Source: Candidatus Latescibacterota bacterium
Lineage (GTDB): Bacteria; Krumholzibacteriota; Krumholzibacteriia; WVZY01
Direction of reading: 5' to 3'
DNA length: 64,000 bases
NCBI GenBank assembly: GCA_963791045.1
Contig: CAWBQK010000018.1
Coordinates: 32,001-96,000 of the forward strand
In this document: positions 11,318 to 21,135 of the stretch, one piece after another
How positions within the stretch are numbered: the first letter of the stretch is position 1
Layout: every line of letters starts with the position of its first letter
The notes under the pieces: generated by a model
The model's database searches: none
Seen by the model: only the letters and a program-made list of their open reading frames with translations
What the model was told of the DNA's origin: nothing
Made by a program: the position numbers and the translations under genes

Positions 11318-12384
11318 CACTCCGCCTGAGGAAGGTACCGATGAAGATCTTTTGTGAAAGACGGTCGGCATTCTCGATACCGATGAATGGATGGGGCTGT
11401 CTGTTTCTTTTGCTCCCCGTGTTGGCGATACTCGTTATTGGTCCGTCCGCCGCCACGGCGCAAGAGGAGCCGCCCGCCCTGGACGAGACGCGGGCCAATT
11501 ATCTGGTTCCCCAGCCCACCGCTCCGACGCTGATCGGGCACCGTTTCATTGAAACGACCAATATTCGCAGCCCTTTTGTGAGAACGCAGTTTCGTAACAC
11601 GATTGGTGTTGGCGTCTCGTCCGGGATTTCGATTCCGGCGATTGAAATCGGAGGAGTGGAATATAATTATGAGACCGGGAGCCTCCTGTATTCGACGATC
11701 GGAGTGGAATATCAGAACGCGGTGAAAGACTGGTTGGCGGTGTCGATTCAGTTCCGCATCGTGGGGCGACTGGGGACCGAAACCACCTCGTTGCTGACGC
11801 AGGGCGTCACTGTCGCGAACGGTTTTGATTTCGGCTGGCTTCTCAAGATCTGGGAGAGAGACGACATGATGCTCTCCGGGGCGATACGGGTCAACAAAAC
11901 GAGTTATACCGCTGTCGATCTCGTCGGTTTTATTAAGGGGATCATCGAAGATGTTCCGGAGTCGGAGAATTCGCTCGTGCACACCGTGCCCCTCCTCGTG
12001 GGGACGACTGGACTTCGTTATGCCTGGGCAATAAACCAGGTGGTTGGTTTGACGGCAGCGGGGGGCGTTGGATTTGGGGATGCACCGGATCGCAGGGCGG
12101 AGAACCAGTGGTATTTCGACATTGGTGCGCTGGTGGATTTTGACCTCCGGCAAAAATTCTCCGCGCCGGTTGGACTAGCGCTCGGCGCTAATATTGCTAA
12201 TCTGGCCGATCAGGACAAGGCGCTCGACGGAAGCGTGTCCACTACGGTTGTCAGGGTCGATTACATCGGGCGTATCGATTTCAATCTCGGGCTCGAAGTT
12301 ATGAGCCAATGGTATGACCATGACAAATTTGAAAAATCGCTGAGATTTACCACGATGATGATGGACTTTCGCTACTATTTCTAG
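11314..12384 (+). CDS. Hypothetical outer-membrane beta-barrel protein
   Basis: Overlaps the previous stop (ATGA). Hydrophobic N-terminal signal. Alternating aromatic/polar strands. Terminal RYYF. True start could be 11341 or 11383. Confidence 0.6.
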   Translation: MTLRLRKVPMKIFCERRSAFSIPMNGWGCLFLLLPVLAILVIGPSAATAQEEPPALDETRANYLVPQPTAPTLIGHRFIETTNIRSPFVRTQFRNTIGVGVSSGISIPAIEIGGVEYNYETGSLLYSTIGVEYQNAVKDWLAVSIQFRIVGRLGTETTSLLTQGVTVANGFDFGWLLKIWERDDMMLSGAIRVNKTSYTAVDLVGFIKGIIEDVPESENSLVHTVPLLVGTTGLRYAWAINQVVGLTAAGGVGFGDAPDRRAENQWYFDIGALVDFDLRQKFSAPVGLALGANIANLADQDKALDGSVSTTVVRVDYIGRIDFNLGLEVMSQWYDHDKFEKSLRFTTMMMDFRYYF

Positions 12385-12422
12385 GCGCCTCGCTCAAGAC
12401 AGACGCCACGCACGTTCAGAGA

Positions 12423-12473
12423 ACCGAAAGAGCCGGCCGCCGGATCGTTGAGACCCGGCGGCCGGTTTTCGGT
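12423..12473. terminator. Bidirectional terminator hairpin between convergent genes
   Basis: AGCCGGCCGCCGG / CCGGCGGCCGGTTTT inverted repeat. Confidence 0.7.
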
Positions 12474-12499
12474 CACAAGCTTCCCCATGCGGGCGGATT

Positions 12500-15010
12500 T
12501 TACTTTAGCATCACAACTTTTTTGGTCGACTGATACGACCCGGCCTTGAGATGTACGAAGTAGACACCGGTCGCAACCTGCCGTCCGTCGGAATCATGCC
12601 CGTCCCACAACGCGTTGTGGAGACCCGCCGGCATGACCTGGTCCTTGAGGGTCCGCACGAGTTCACCGTTCGCGTTGTAGATCCTGAGCACAACCCGCTC
12701 CTGTGATACCAGGTTGAACGGGATTGTGGTTGATGGGTTGAACGGGTTCGGATACGCCGACCGAAGCGCGGTCATCGTCGGTATATCTTCATCCCTCGGT
12801 TTCGGCTGGTCTTCCGTCCGTCGGATGACGATCGTCGGAACGAGCGGGACTGGCTCTCCAAGCGCGAAGATATCCGGCGCGAGGAAATCCAACTCTCCGA
12901 CGCCGGTGTAATGGAAACCGATGGGACCGTAGTCGACATCGAGGTCGATTTGTTCGTCGTCGGTCGGTGTCGACGCGGCGAGCAGCATATTCACTTCGGC
13001 CGCGGAATAATAGAGAGCGAGGTCCATCAGATCCATCGGCGTTGTTGTCGATCTCAAGCGTTTCCTTCGGGAAGAATGACGTCGTAGAGATTTCCAATAT
13101 AGGCCTGTTCAAGATCGATGGACGTAGCGTCGAAAGGAGCGGTTACAACGACCTGTTTCCATCCTTGTCGATTTGTATTCGCCCGGCCGCGAAGGAAGAA
13201 CCACGGCAAACCTGTCAAGCGCGGGGTCAAACCCGATGCCTTCGCCGTCGAATCCTGTCGATGCGAATATCAAGCCGGACTGGTCGTGCGGGACGCGAAC
13301 ATGTTTGATGACGTTGGTGGGGTTGCCGACGCAATCACGGGCCCTGAAAGCCAGCCGGTACACTCTGCCGTCACCGCCGCCGGCGCGTTCCGAACGAAGC
13401 TGGATATGGCGGCGGTTGATGATCTGGATATCGTTGACGGTGTTGCCGTCGCCCTTGCCGTTGTCCGGCTCATCGCTGGTGACGCTCACCAATCGCCAGT
13501 TGGGGGTCTCGCAGCAAACATCTGTCAGTTGGACGGTCACCCTGATATCCGCCATCTTGTGATTTGGCGGCCACAATACATGGCGGTTGAGTCTCACAAT
13601 GAATTCGGGGGGCGTCGTGTCCTCGACGGTAACGTCCGCGCTGCAGGTAGCCGTAAGCCCCGCGCAGTCCGTTGCCGTGAAAGTGACCGTCGTCGTTCCA
13701 AGCGGGAAGCAATCCGGAGCGTCGTTCTCCACGGTGACATCGCAGCAGATATCGTCCGCCGCGACGGCGCCAAAGAAGCCGGTGAGCTGATCGTCCGCCG
13801 GCGTCGTACCGCAGAAGCCGGTGCATTCAACCGTAATATTCATTGCGCAGGCTGTGAAAAACGGAGGTGTTGTGTCTTGAACGGTTATGTCGACATAAGC
13901 GACATCCTCCGCGTCACCGTCGGACACCGTCAACGTCACCGTTGTGGTTCCGAGAGGGAAGCTCCCCGTCGGCGTCGATGATGCGGGGTTGTCGAATGTA
14001 ATACCGGGGGCCGTCCACATGAACGACAACGGATCACCATCGGGATCGTACGATCCCGTGCCATCGAGAACGACGGGTGTGGTTGCCCCGGCGCATTCGA
14101 CGGTTTGATTGGGCCCGGCATCGGAAACCGGCGGATTGTTCAGGCTAATGATGCCAAAAAAGGTTGCGCTGTGGATGCCCCATGCGTCGCCGTTTGTCAG
14201 CGGGTGGAAATCTTCCCAACGGATGGAGGCGACGGGCGCCCACGTATCGAGGCAGCCGTACTGGTTGTTGCCTCCGTCGTCACGCCAGCCGACGACGGTG
14301 ACGAAATGGTCCGTGCCGCCGTTGCCGTCGCTGTCGACGAGGATGACAAAGGGACGGCCCGCGTTGATCTCATTTTTGACATCGTCCCAGGTAAAGTTGC
14401 CCCATTCTCGATAGATTGAAGTTGAGGAGTAGTGGGCCGTGTAAGCGGTGTTGGCCCACGCGACGTATTCGTCCATGCCGTTATCGATCATATCGGAGTA
14501 GGACCATCCATAGTAGAGTCCGTCAATCGAGAATGACGTGTGCATGAAGTCGCCGATACAATTGCTCGCATGCTCGTCACCAGCCGGGGCTTCGGACAAG
14601 TCCGGCTGCACGGGGTTGGGTGAACCGTCGATTGGGAGCGAGTAATCTGAATAATGGGTGTTGGCGCCGTCTCCAGTGGCTATCGCCTGATCGACATCAT
14701 TGGTCTGTGTCAATGCGTCACCCGGGATGAGGAGCGGAAATCCATTTGCATCCCAATAGCCGATCACCATACCAGCGGCCGTTGGTCCGCACCCGTGCCG
14801 CCACAGGTACCCCGGCACGCCGCCGATGATTGTTTGTGACGTTGTGGATACCGATCCCAGATATGGTTCGTATCCTTTCACTGGCGCGGGACCGGTGGGT
14901 GTGTATTCGCTATGAGCTCTCTGCGCCCATGACGATTGCGCCATCCCAAGCGTCATAACAGAACACACCAAAAAAGCGACCACAATGGGTCGCCACATTC
15001 GAAGCCTCAT
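12500..15010 (-). CDS. Secreted papain-like (C39-like/C10-like) cysteine peptidase with PKD and HYR domains and T9SS/FlgD-Ig-like CTD; locally disrupted at 13031-13174
   Basis: GGAGG RBS and ATG 15010. Signal peptide. GCGPTAAGMVIGYWD (Cys), HFVTVVGW (His) and DTW. PKD-like NPPVSDAGPNQTV...LDGTGSYDPDGD. HYR-like FPLGTTTVTFTATD. CTD YPNPFNP...ATGVYFVHL...KKVVMLK. ORFs 13109..15142 and 12500..13057 share a frame. Confidence 0.75.
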
Positions 15011-15130
15011 TTCGACCTCCTCGTTGGGTTTGGAAGGGAGTTGCACCGTTTCCGTCGTCCTCAGGTCGAGCGCGTTGTCTGGCAAGATGCATCGCTGGAT
15101 GTGAATCAATGTGCCGGCTGAGAGGGTCGT

Positions 15131-15159
15131 ATTATACCACAAGTCTATGCCGCTGTTAA
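15131..15159 (-). promoter_or_regulatory. Sigma70-type promoter of the cysteine peptidase gene
   Basis: Minus strand TTAACA-17 bp-TATAAT with an extended -10 (TGGTATAAT). Confidence 0.7.
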
Positions 15160-15228
15160 CCGGTTTTGGGCGATTGGGATGCGGGAAAATCGGTGTGTGC
15201 GGATCGGAGATCCCGGCAAGTTCTCACA

Positions 15229-16494
15229 TTACAATCTGCCATCCACGATCTCCGGGGCGAGGAATGATTTCACGTCATATATGACGCCATCGGCGCCTAT
15301 GAGTGAGGACACGTCGAGGTCGCGGAACTTTTCGTGCGCGACGGCGAGCACTACGGCGTCGTAGCTACCGGGGGCGAGGGCGCTGGATCCGACGAGAGGG
15401 AATCCGTGCTCCTTGACCACTTCGTCGCTGTCGGCCCACGGATCGCAGACATCGACTTCACAACCGAAGTCTTCGAGTTCGCGCACGACATCGACGACAC
15501 GCGAATTGCGGATGTCGGGGCAGTTCTCCTTGAAGGTCGCGCCGAGGACCAGCACGCGCGAGTCTCTCACCTTGTGACCTTTGTGGATCATCAACTTGAC
15601 GATCTGACCGGCGATGAAATTCCCCATGTTGTCGTTGATGCGGCGGCCGGAGAGGATCACCTCGGGGTGGTAGCCGATTTCTTCGGCTTTGTGTGTCAGA
15701 TAGTATGGGTCAACACCGATACAGTGGCCACCGACGAGTCCCGGTCTGAAGGGAAGAAAGTTCCACTTGGAACCAGCTGCTTCGAGGACTTCGAGTGTGT
15801 CGATCCCGAGACGGTCGAAGATGAGGGCGAGTTCGTTTACAAATGCGATATTGATATCCCGCTGTGAGTTTTCGATGACCTTTGCCGCTTCGGCGACTTT
15901 TATCGAAGATGCGAGATGGGTTCCGGCCGTGATAATCGACCGGTAAAGGTCATCCACTTTTTGTGCAATTTCGGGCGTCGATCCGCTTGTGACCTTTTTG
16001 ATTTTTGTAACGGTATGCTGCTTGTCTCCCGGGTTGATCCGTTCTGGAGAGTACCCGCAAAAGAAGTCCTTGTTGAAGACAAGCCCTGAAGTGCGTTCGA
16101 GAATCGGTACACAGTACTCCTCGGTACAACCGGGATAGACCGTCGATTCGTAAATGACGACGTTGCCTTCCGAGAGAACCTGCCCGACGGTCTCGGAGGC
16201 TCGTTCGATCGGGGTGAGGTCCGGCCGATTGTGACCGTCGATAGGTGTCGGCACCGTGATGATATAGAAATCGCACGATCTGATATCCTCGATATCGGTG
16301 GTCACCAAAAGCTTTTTGGCTGAGCGAATATCTTCGGGACTCGCTTCAAGCGTGCGGTCCACTCCATCCTTGAGTTCCTCGACGCGGATCTTGTTGATGT
16401 CGAATCCGACCGTATCCTGATGCTTTCCGAACTCGACGGCCAGCGGTAGCCCCACATAACCCAGACCGATAACGGCGATTTTCGTGCTGCTCAT
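15229..16494 (-). CDS. UDP-N-acetyl-D-glucosamine/galactosamine 6-dehydrogenase (TviB/WbpO family)
   Basis: GLGYVGLP Rossmann motif, [49 protein letters not shown] before ATG 16494. Confidence 0.93.
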   Translation of the reverse strand: MSSTKIAVIGLGYVGLPLAVEFGKHQDTVGFDINKIRVEELKDGVDRTLEASPEDIRSAKKLLVTTDIEDIRSCDFYIITVPTPIDGHNRPDLTPIERASETVGQVLSEGNVVIYESTVYPGCTEEYCVPILERTSGLVFNKDFFCGYSPERINPGDKQHTVTKIKKVTSGSTPEIAQKVDDLYRSIITAGTHLASSIKVAEAAKVIENSQRDINIAFVNELALIFDRLGIDTLEVLEAAGSKWNFLPFRPGLVGGHCIGVDPYYLTHKAEEIGYHPEVILSGRRINDNMGNFIAGQIVKLMIHKGHKVRDSRVLVLGATFKENCPDIRNSRVVDVVRELEDFGCEVDVCDPWADSDEVVKEHGFPLVGSSALAPGSYDAVVLAVAHEKFRDLDVSSLIGADGVIYDVKSFLAPEIVDGRL

Positions 16495-16588
16495 CACGTG
16501 CTCCTGTTGTGGATATTGGTGATTATTAAATCGACGGGATATGGTAAAGCCTCTGCGGGCCTCTTGTCCATTGTGAAAGCACACGGGC

Positions 16589-16615
16589 AAAAGTGCCGCT
16601 CACGGATGAGCGGCA
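16589..16615 (-). terminator. Intrinsic terminator of the DEAD-box helicase gene
   Basis: Minus strand TGCCGCTCA-TCCG-TGAGCGGCA-CTTTT. Confidence 0.75.
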
Positions 16616-16651
16616 TTGGTGAAAGAATTCTGCTTGGGGATTGACCGGATA

Positions 16652-17893
16652 TTAACGGCGGCGGGAGCGGCGGCGGGCCATTGAACCGCGGCCTTTTGAC
16701 CTCCGGTTCGCCGATGATTTGCTCGATGATTTGGCCATGCACATAGCCCCGAGCGACGGCGAGTGGTACGGATGGTCGTCAACCGCCGTAAGGGACGATT
16801 TCGTCAGTCTTTCGATTGCCCGGAGCATCGACACTTCCTGAAAATCGCAAAACGAAAGCGCCACACCTGCAGCTCCAGCGCGGGCGGTCCGGCCGATTCG
16901 ATGGACGTAGCTTTCCGGGTCGTTGGGTAGTTCATAGTTGACCACGTGTGAAATTCCTTCCACATCAATCCCGCGCGCGACGATGTCGGTCGCGACGAGC
17001 ACCTTTATCGTGCCGCGGTCAAAGGCGGCAAGCGCACGCTGCCGCATCTTCTGGGGTTTGTCGGAATGGATCGAATCCGCGGAAATTCCACGCTCCGACA
17101 GCTGACGCATAACCCTGTCCGCCTGGTGTTTCGTCCTCGTGAATACCAGCGTGCGTCCGGTGTCCGCATCATTCAGGACACTCGAGAGAAGTTCGATCTT
17201 GTCACTGCGTTCGACAAAAAGAACCTTCTGCGCGATGTTTCCCGATACCGTTGCCGCCGGCGTCGCTTCGAGATGAGATGGATTTCTGAGCATGTCCGAC
17301 GCAAATCTCGCGATATCTCCCGACAATGTGGCCGAGAAAAAAGCGGTCTGCCTGTTCTTGGACACCTTGGACACGATCCGGCGTACGTCGTGGACAAAAC
17401 CCATGTCGAGCATTCGATCCGCCTCATCGAGGACGAGCATGTCAACACGGTCAAGAGTGAGTTCGCGACGGCTGAGGAGGTCAAGCAAGCGCCCCGGTGT
17501 TGCGACGAGTATGTCGGGCGACCGGCGAAGCGCCTTAATCTGAGCGCCAATCGATACGCCGCCAAGAAGCACCGTCGAACGAATCGGGAGGTACCGGCCG
17601 TATGTGCGAAAGCTCTCATCCACCTGTATCGCGAGTTCGCGGGTCGGTGTCAAAACGAGCGCGCGGATGTGCCGCTTCTTCTCCAGGCTCTGGTGGAGAA
17701 GTTCAAGAATTGGAAGGGCGAAAGCCGCGGTTTTCCCCGTCCCGGTCTGCGCCGTCGCGAGAATATCTTTTCCTTCGAGCATTTCGGGGATGGCCGTCAG
17801 CTGTATTGGTGTCGGGGTCTCGTAACCTTCCCGTTGGAGGGCGCGAAGAATGGGTTTTCCCAACTTGAGTTCTTTGAAGTTATCGATGTTCAT
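16652..17893 (-). CDS. rhlE: DEAD-box ATP-dependent RNA helicase (RhlE-like)
   Basis: Q motif GYETPTPIQ, AQTGTGKT, PTRELA, TPGRL, DEAD, SAT, ARGID, HRIGRTAR. Basic C-terminal tail. Confidence 0.93.
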   Translation of the reverse strand: MNIDNFKELKLGKPILRALQREGYETPTPIQLTAIPEMLEGKDILATAQTGTGKTAAFALPILELLHQSLEKKRHIRALVLTPTRELAIQVDESFRTYGRYLPIRSTVLLGGVSIGAQIKALRRSPDILVATPGRLLDLLSRRELTLDRVDMLVLDEADRMLDMGFVHDVRRIVSKVSKNRQTAFFSATLSGDIARFASDMLRNPSHLEATPAATVSGNIAQKVLFVERSDKIELLSSVLNDADTGRTLVFTRTKHQADRVMRQLSERGISADSIHSDKPQKMRQRALAAFDRGTIKVLVATDIVARGIDVEGISHVVNYELPNDPESYVHRIGRTARAGAAGVALSFCDFQEVSMLRAIERLTKSSLTAVDDHPYHSPSLGAMCMAKSSSKSSANRRSKGRGSMARRRSRRR

Positions 17894-18026
17894 TTGTTCC
17901 TGTTCGAATGACCGAGATAAACGGCGGCTGATTCTCGGTGAGGTTTGCAAAACAGGTCCACGTGCCGAGGAGTGACGCAGGGAATCGTCGGAAGGTTATT
18001 ATAATTTGGTTGGTTTAACTCGTTGA

Positions 18027-18055
18027 AATATAGAAAAATGTGGCCTCCAATGCAA
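18027..18055 (-). promoter_or_regulatory. Putative sigma70 promoter of the helicase gene
   Basis: Minus strand TTGCAT-17 bp-TATATT. Confidence 0.5.
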
Positions 18056-18315
18056 CACATTTTCGCGCAATCGGCCCCCCTCGCTCCCTCCATCTTAGAA
18101 GTGAAGAAACGCCCAAATCGTCGCAGTTTGGCTGCAATTCATTCAATCATAAGTAGATACGATCTGATTCAAATCAATTCTTTGGTCCAGATCCATTTGA
18201 TTTGGACGCCAAAGTCATGGTATTTACGTGGTTACAATACCTCATCGGGGTGAAATCAGGAAAGTGTTTTTGTTGCCGGAAGAGGGTGTGGTGGGTGAAT
18301 TCCAGAGCACACGGC

Positions 18316-18344
18316 AAAAAAAGGGGACCGCGTGAGCGGTCCCC
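18316..18344 (-). terminator. Intrinsic terminator of the RRM gene
   Basis: Minus strand GGGGACCGC-TCAC-GCGGTCCCC-TTTTTTT. Confidence 0.88.
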
Positions 18345-18372
18345 AATCATAGTCGAACGGATGCAGTCGCGG

Positions 18373-18630
18373 TTATCTGCTGCGACGCTCGCGCGCCTCG
18401 TTCACCGTCAAGTTGCGACCGTTGAAGTCTTTGTCATTCAGGCCTTCGATGGCAGCGGTGGCGCCTTCGACGTCCATTTCGACAAAGCCAAAGCCTCTCG
18501 GGCGACCTGTTTCACGATCTTCGACGAGCGACACTTCGTGAACGGTACCGAAAGCTTCGAACGCCGCGCGGATATCGTCGCGCGTCGCACTGAACGGAAG
18601 ATTGCCGACATAAAGTCTCTTGGTTGACAT
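18373..18630 (-). CDS. RRM (RNP-1) RNA-binding protein
   Basis: RNP2 LYVGNL, RNP1 RGFGFVEM, GRNLTVNEAR. AAGGAG RBS. Confidence 0.95.
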   Translation of the reverse strand: MSTKRLYVGNLPFSATRDDIRAAFEAFGTVHEVSLVEDRETGRPRGFGFVEMDVEGATAAIEGLNDKDFNGRNLTVNEARERRSR

Positions 18631-18836
18631 GGAGGTTAACTCCTTCTTTCGCCCTCTCGACTCTTGCGATCACAAACTTTCTAATTCACGGGAACCGCAA
18701 CTGACCGCAGTTGAGGTTCGCCCGTTGAGGATATCGTTTCCTCTTATCAAACTCGGGAAATGTACTCCGGAACCGACTTTCGAGACAGCGGGGCGAAATC
18801 TGCGGAAACGAAACGTGGCAGGAGAATTCTCTGAGT
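18631..18836 (-). promoter_or_regulatory. Long structured 5' leader of the RRM gene (candidate cis-regulatory RNA)
   Basis: Outer helix 18647-18660 pairs with 18780-18798. Inner hairpins at 18688-18725 and 18727-18743. RBS hairpin GGAG-TTAAC-CTCC directly before ATG. Confidence 0.5.
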
Positions 18837-18842
18837 TGATAG

Positions 18843-18871
18843 AATTTAAACCCAAAAATCGGTATTTTCAA
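18843..18871 (-). promoter_or_regulatory. Sigma70 promoter of the RRM gene, overlapping a hairpin that may terminate fabH
   Basis: Minus strand TTGAAA-17 bp-TAAATT. Inverted repeat ATCGGTA...TACCGAT followed by TTTT spans the -35. Confidence 0.55.
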
Positions 18872-18914
18872 AGGAAAAATTACCGATCTCGAGATTTTTT
18901 TTGCCGTGTGGAGA

Positions 18915-19997
18915 TCAGGGCATTTTGTAGATCAACGCGTTGATATTCATTCCAGCGCCGACCGATGCAAATGCGATTGTTTCTCCGGATTCCAAATGAT
19001 GATTGTCGAGTTTTTTCTTAAAAATAAGGTCAACCAAAGTCGGTAGCGTCGCCACCGAACTGTTGCCAAGCCACGATATCGTCATCGGCATCACCCATTC
19101 GGGTGCTGGATTATCTCCGAAGAGCTTGAACAATCTCGTGAGAATGGCTTCGTCCATCTTGGCGTTCGCCTGGTGGATGAAAACTTTGGATACGTCGGTG
19201 ATTGACAAACCGGCCTTGACGACGCATTCCCTGACAACTCTTGGCACTGTCCGAAGTGCGTACTGATAGAGCTTGTGGCCCTGCATTTTCAAGAACAAAT
19301 CGCCGCCCTTGAAGTCGGGGTTGTACGACGGGCCCATGCGAAGCATGTGCGCGTGCTCAAATGTATCCGAGCGGCTGGCGTGTGACAGGATACCTACCGG
19401 AGCTTCGTTCTTGACCCCTTCGACCACACAGGCGCCCGCCCCGTCGGCGTAGATCATACTGTCGCGGTCGTGTGGATCACTGACCCTCGAAAGAACTTCG
19501 GCGCCAACAATAAGCGCCCGTTTGGCGTCGCCCGATCGGATAAAATAATCCGTTTGGATTAACCCCTGGAGCCAGCCGGGGCACCCGAACGGAAGATCGT
19601 AGCATACGGTGTTTGGATTTCGAATCCTGAGCCTGTTTTTGATTCTGGCGGCGATCGACGGCACCAGGTCCGAACGGCGATTACCGGCCTGAACGTCGCC
19701 GAAATTGTGCGCGACGACAATATAGTCGAGGCTTTCCTTGTCGGTATTTGACGATTCGAGAGCATCCCTGGATGCCTCGTACGCGATGTCGGAGGTGGTG
19801 AGATCGTCACTCACGTACCGTCTTTCATCGATTCCCGTAATCGCCTGGAACTTGTCAATAATTTCCTGTGTGGACCGGTCGAACCGCTTGCCGTTCTCGT
19901 CGAAAAATTCGTGGTCGAGAAAATAAGAGTTGGGGATTCTCTCTGTGGGTATGCAGCATCCGGTTCCAACGATGATCGTGGCTGTGTGGCTACTCAT
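18915..19997 (-). CDS. fabH: 3-oxoacyl-ACP synthase III family protein
   Basis: ITGIDERR. Catalytic Cys (DLPFGCPGW), His (FIHQAN) and Asn (LGNSSVAT). FASVGAG. Confidence 0.9.
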   Translation of the reverse strand: MSSHTATIIVGTGCCIPTERIPNSYFLDHEFFDENGKRFDRSTQEIIDKFQAITGIDERRYVSDDLTTSDIAYEASRDALESSNTDKESLDYIVVAHNFGDVQAGNRRSDLVPSIAARIKNRLRIRNPNTVCYDLPFGCPGWLQGLIQTDYFIRSGDAKRALIVGAEVLSRVSDPHDRDSMIYADGAGACVVEGVKNEAPVGILSHASRSDTFEHAHMLRMGPSYNPDFKGGDLFLKMQGHKLYQYALRTVPRVVRECVVKAGLSITDVSKVFIHQANAKMDEAILTRLFKLFGDNPAPEWVMPMTISWLGNSSVATLPTLVDLIFKKKLDNHHLESGETIAFASVGAGMNINALIYKMP

Positions 19998-20298
19998 AAC
20001 GAAGATTGATTTGCCTTTCGTGTCAGATTTTGAACGGCGGTCATTGTTCCGCACAAGTTATCATAGGCAGTTGGGCTCGTCTCGCGACGTCATTTGGTCT
20101 GGGCAGGGCCATATTACACATCCAGCCGCTGCTTGTCGAACATTTCTTGACCCTCCACGGGCTTCTCTCAGCCGTGGAGGAACCCTGGACTTTTTCGACG
20201 CTCTCAGTAGGTGCCCCTGTTCGCGTCACGGGGATCGAACAGCGTTGCATGTCGCGGGTATTCGTAACTAATTGGAATAAATACAGTTCCCGTGATCC

Positions 20299-20327
20299 TT
20301 GACACGCGCTGGCGGATCACATATCTT
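20299..20327 (+). promoter_or_regulatory. Sigma70 promoter of the FKBP gene
   Basis: TTGACA-17 bp-TATCTT. Confidence 0.6.
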
Positions 20328-20449
20328 CGAAATCAATATACGGCACGTTCTGGAAGCCTGCACCAAGCCTCATAACACGCAGGCAAATATTTGGACCCGG
20401 TGGCAAGGCCGGGTTATTACTTTATTTATAAAGAAGGACAGGTGGCGAC

Positions 20450-20875
20450 GTGGCCAACGCTAAAGACGGCGACAAAGTAAAAGTAAACTACACGGGCAAG
20501 CTCTCCGACGGGTCTGAATTCGATTCCTCCGCTGACAGGGAGCCGTTGGAATTCGTAATCGGAGAGGGTGGAATCATCCCCGGTTTTGAGAAAGCGGTTG
20601 TTGGAATGGCCGCGGGAGATAAAAAATCAGTAACGATTCCGGTCGAAGATGCTTACGGCCCACGTCGTGAGGAACTGAAGCTCACGATACAACGCAGCGA
20701 GTTGCCGCCCGACCTGGAACCGAAGGTCGACGACATGTTGGAGATGCGGCAGGGCGAGCAAGTTTTTCCCGTCCTGGTGACCGCAGTTGCCGACGATGAA
20801 CTCTCACTCGACGCGAATCATCCGCTTTCCGGCGAAGAGCTGCACTTCGATATCGAGTTGGTTGAAATCGTCTAA
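20450..20875 (+). CDS. FKBP-type peptidyl-prolyl isomerase (SlyD/SlpA-like, no His-rich tail)
   Basis: KVKVNYTGKLSDGSEFDSS, IIPGFEKAVVGM, AYG, LDANHPLSG. Confidence 0.93.
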   Translation: MANAKDGDKVKVNYTGKLSDGSEFDSSADREPLEFVIGEGGIIPGFEKAVVGMAAGDKKSVTIPVEDAYGPRREELKLTIQRSELPPDLEPKVDDMLEMRQGEQVFPVLVTAVADDELSLDANHPLSGEELHFDIELVEIV

Positions 20876-20912
20876 TTAACTCGATTTAAACCGGCTTTCT
20901 TGAAATTTTTGA

Positions 20913-20947
20913 CCCCGCGCGTCGCGAGCCGCGCGGGGCTTCTTTTT
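20913..20947 (+). terminator. Intrinsic terminator
   Basis: CCCCGCGC / GCGCGGGG followed by CTTCTTTTT. Confidence 0.7.
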
Positions 20948-21067
20948 ACTCGCCAGCTGTCCCAAATCCTATATATTCCACATATTTATTTTAGAATCTC
21001 AGGGGGCAATTCGCTAAGCCATGGTATTGTAATGCATTAGAGTTTATGGCCGAGCCTCGGTTAGGGC

Positions 21068-21124
21068 TTGACAAATGCACATATGTGCACTATTCTTCTG
21101 TTATGAAACGCACATAAGTGCATT
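21068..21124 (+). promoter_or_regulatory. Sigma70 promoter of the DUF134 operon with two palindromic operators
   Basis: TTGACA (21068-73), 17 bp, TATTCT (21091-96). Perfect palindrome TGCACATATGTGCA (21076-89) in the spacer. Second copy CGCACATAAGTGCA (21109-22) just before the AGGAGG RBS. Confidence 0.8.
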
Positions 21125-21135
21125 AGGAGGTTTGA

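Noticed and set aside
13109-13111. In-frame TGA in the cysteine peptidase gene as a second selenocysteine
   Set aside because: No redox motif, flanking in-frame translation is implausible, and compensating indels explain it better.
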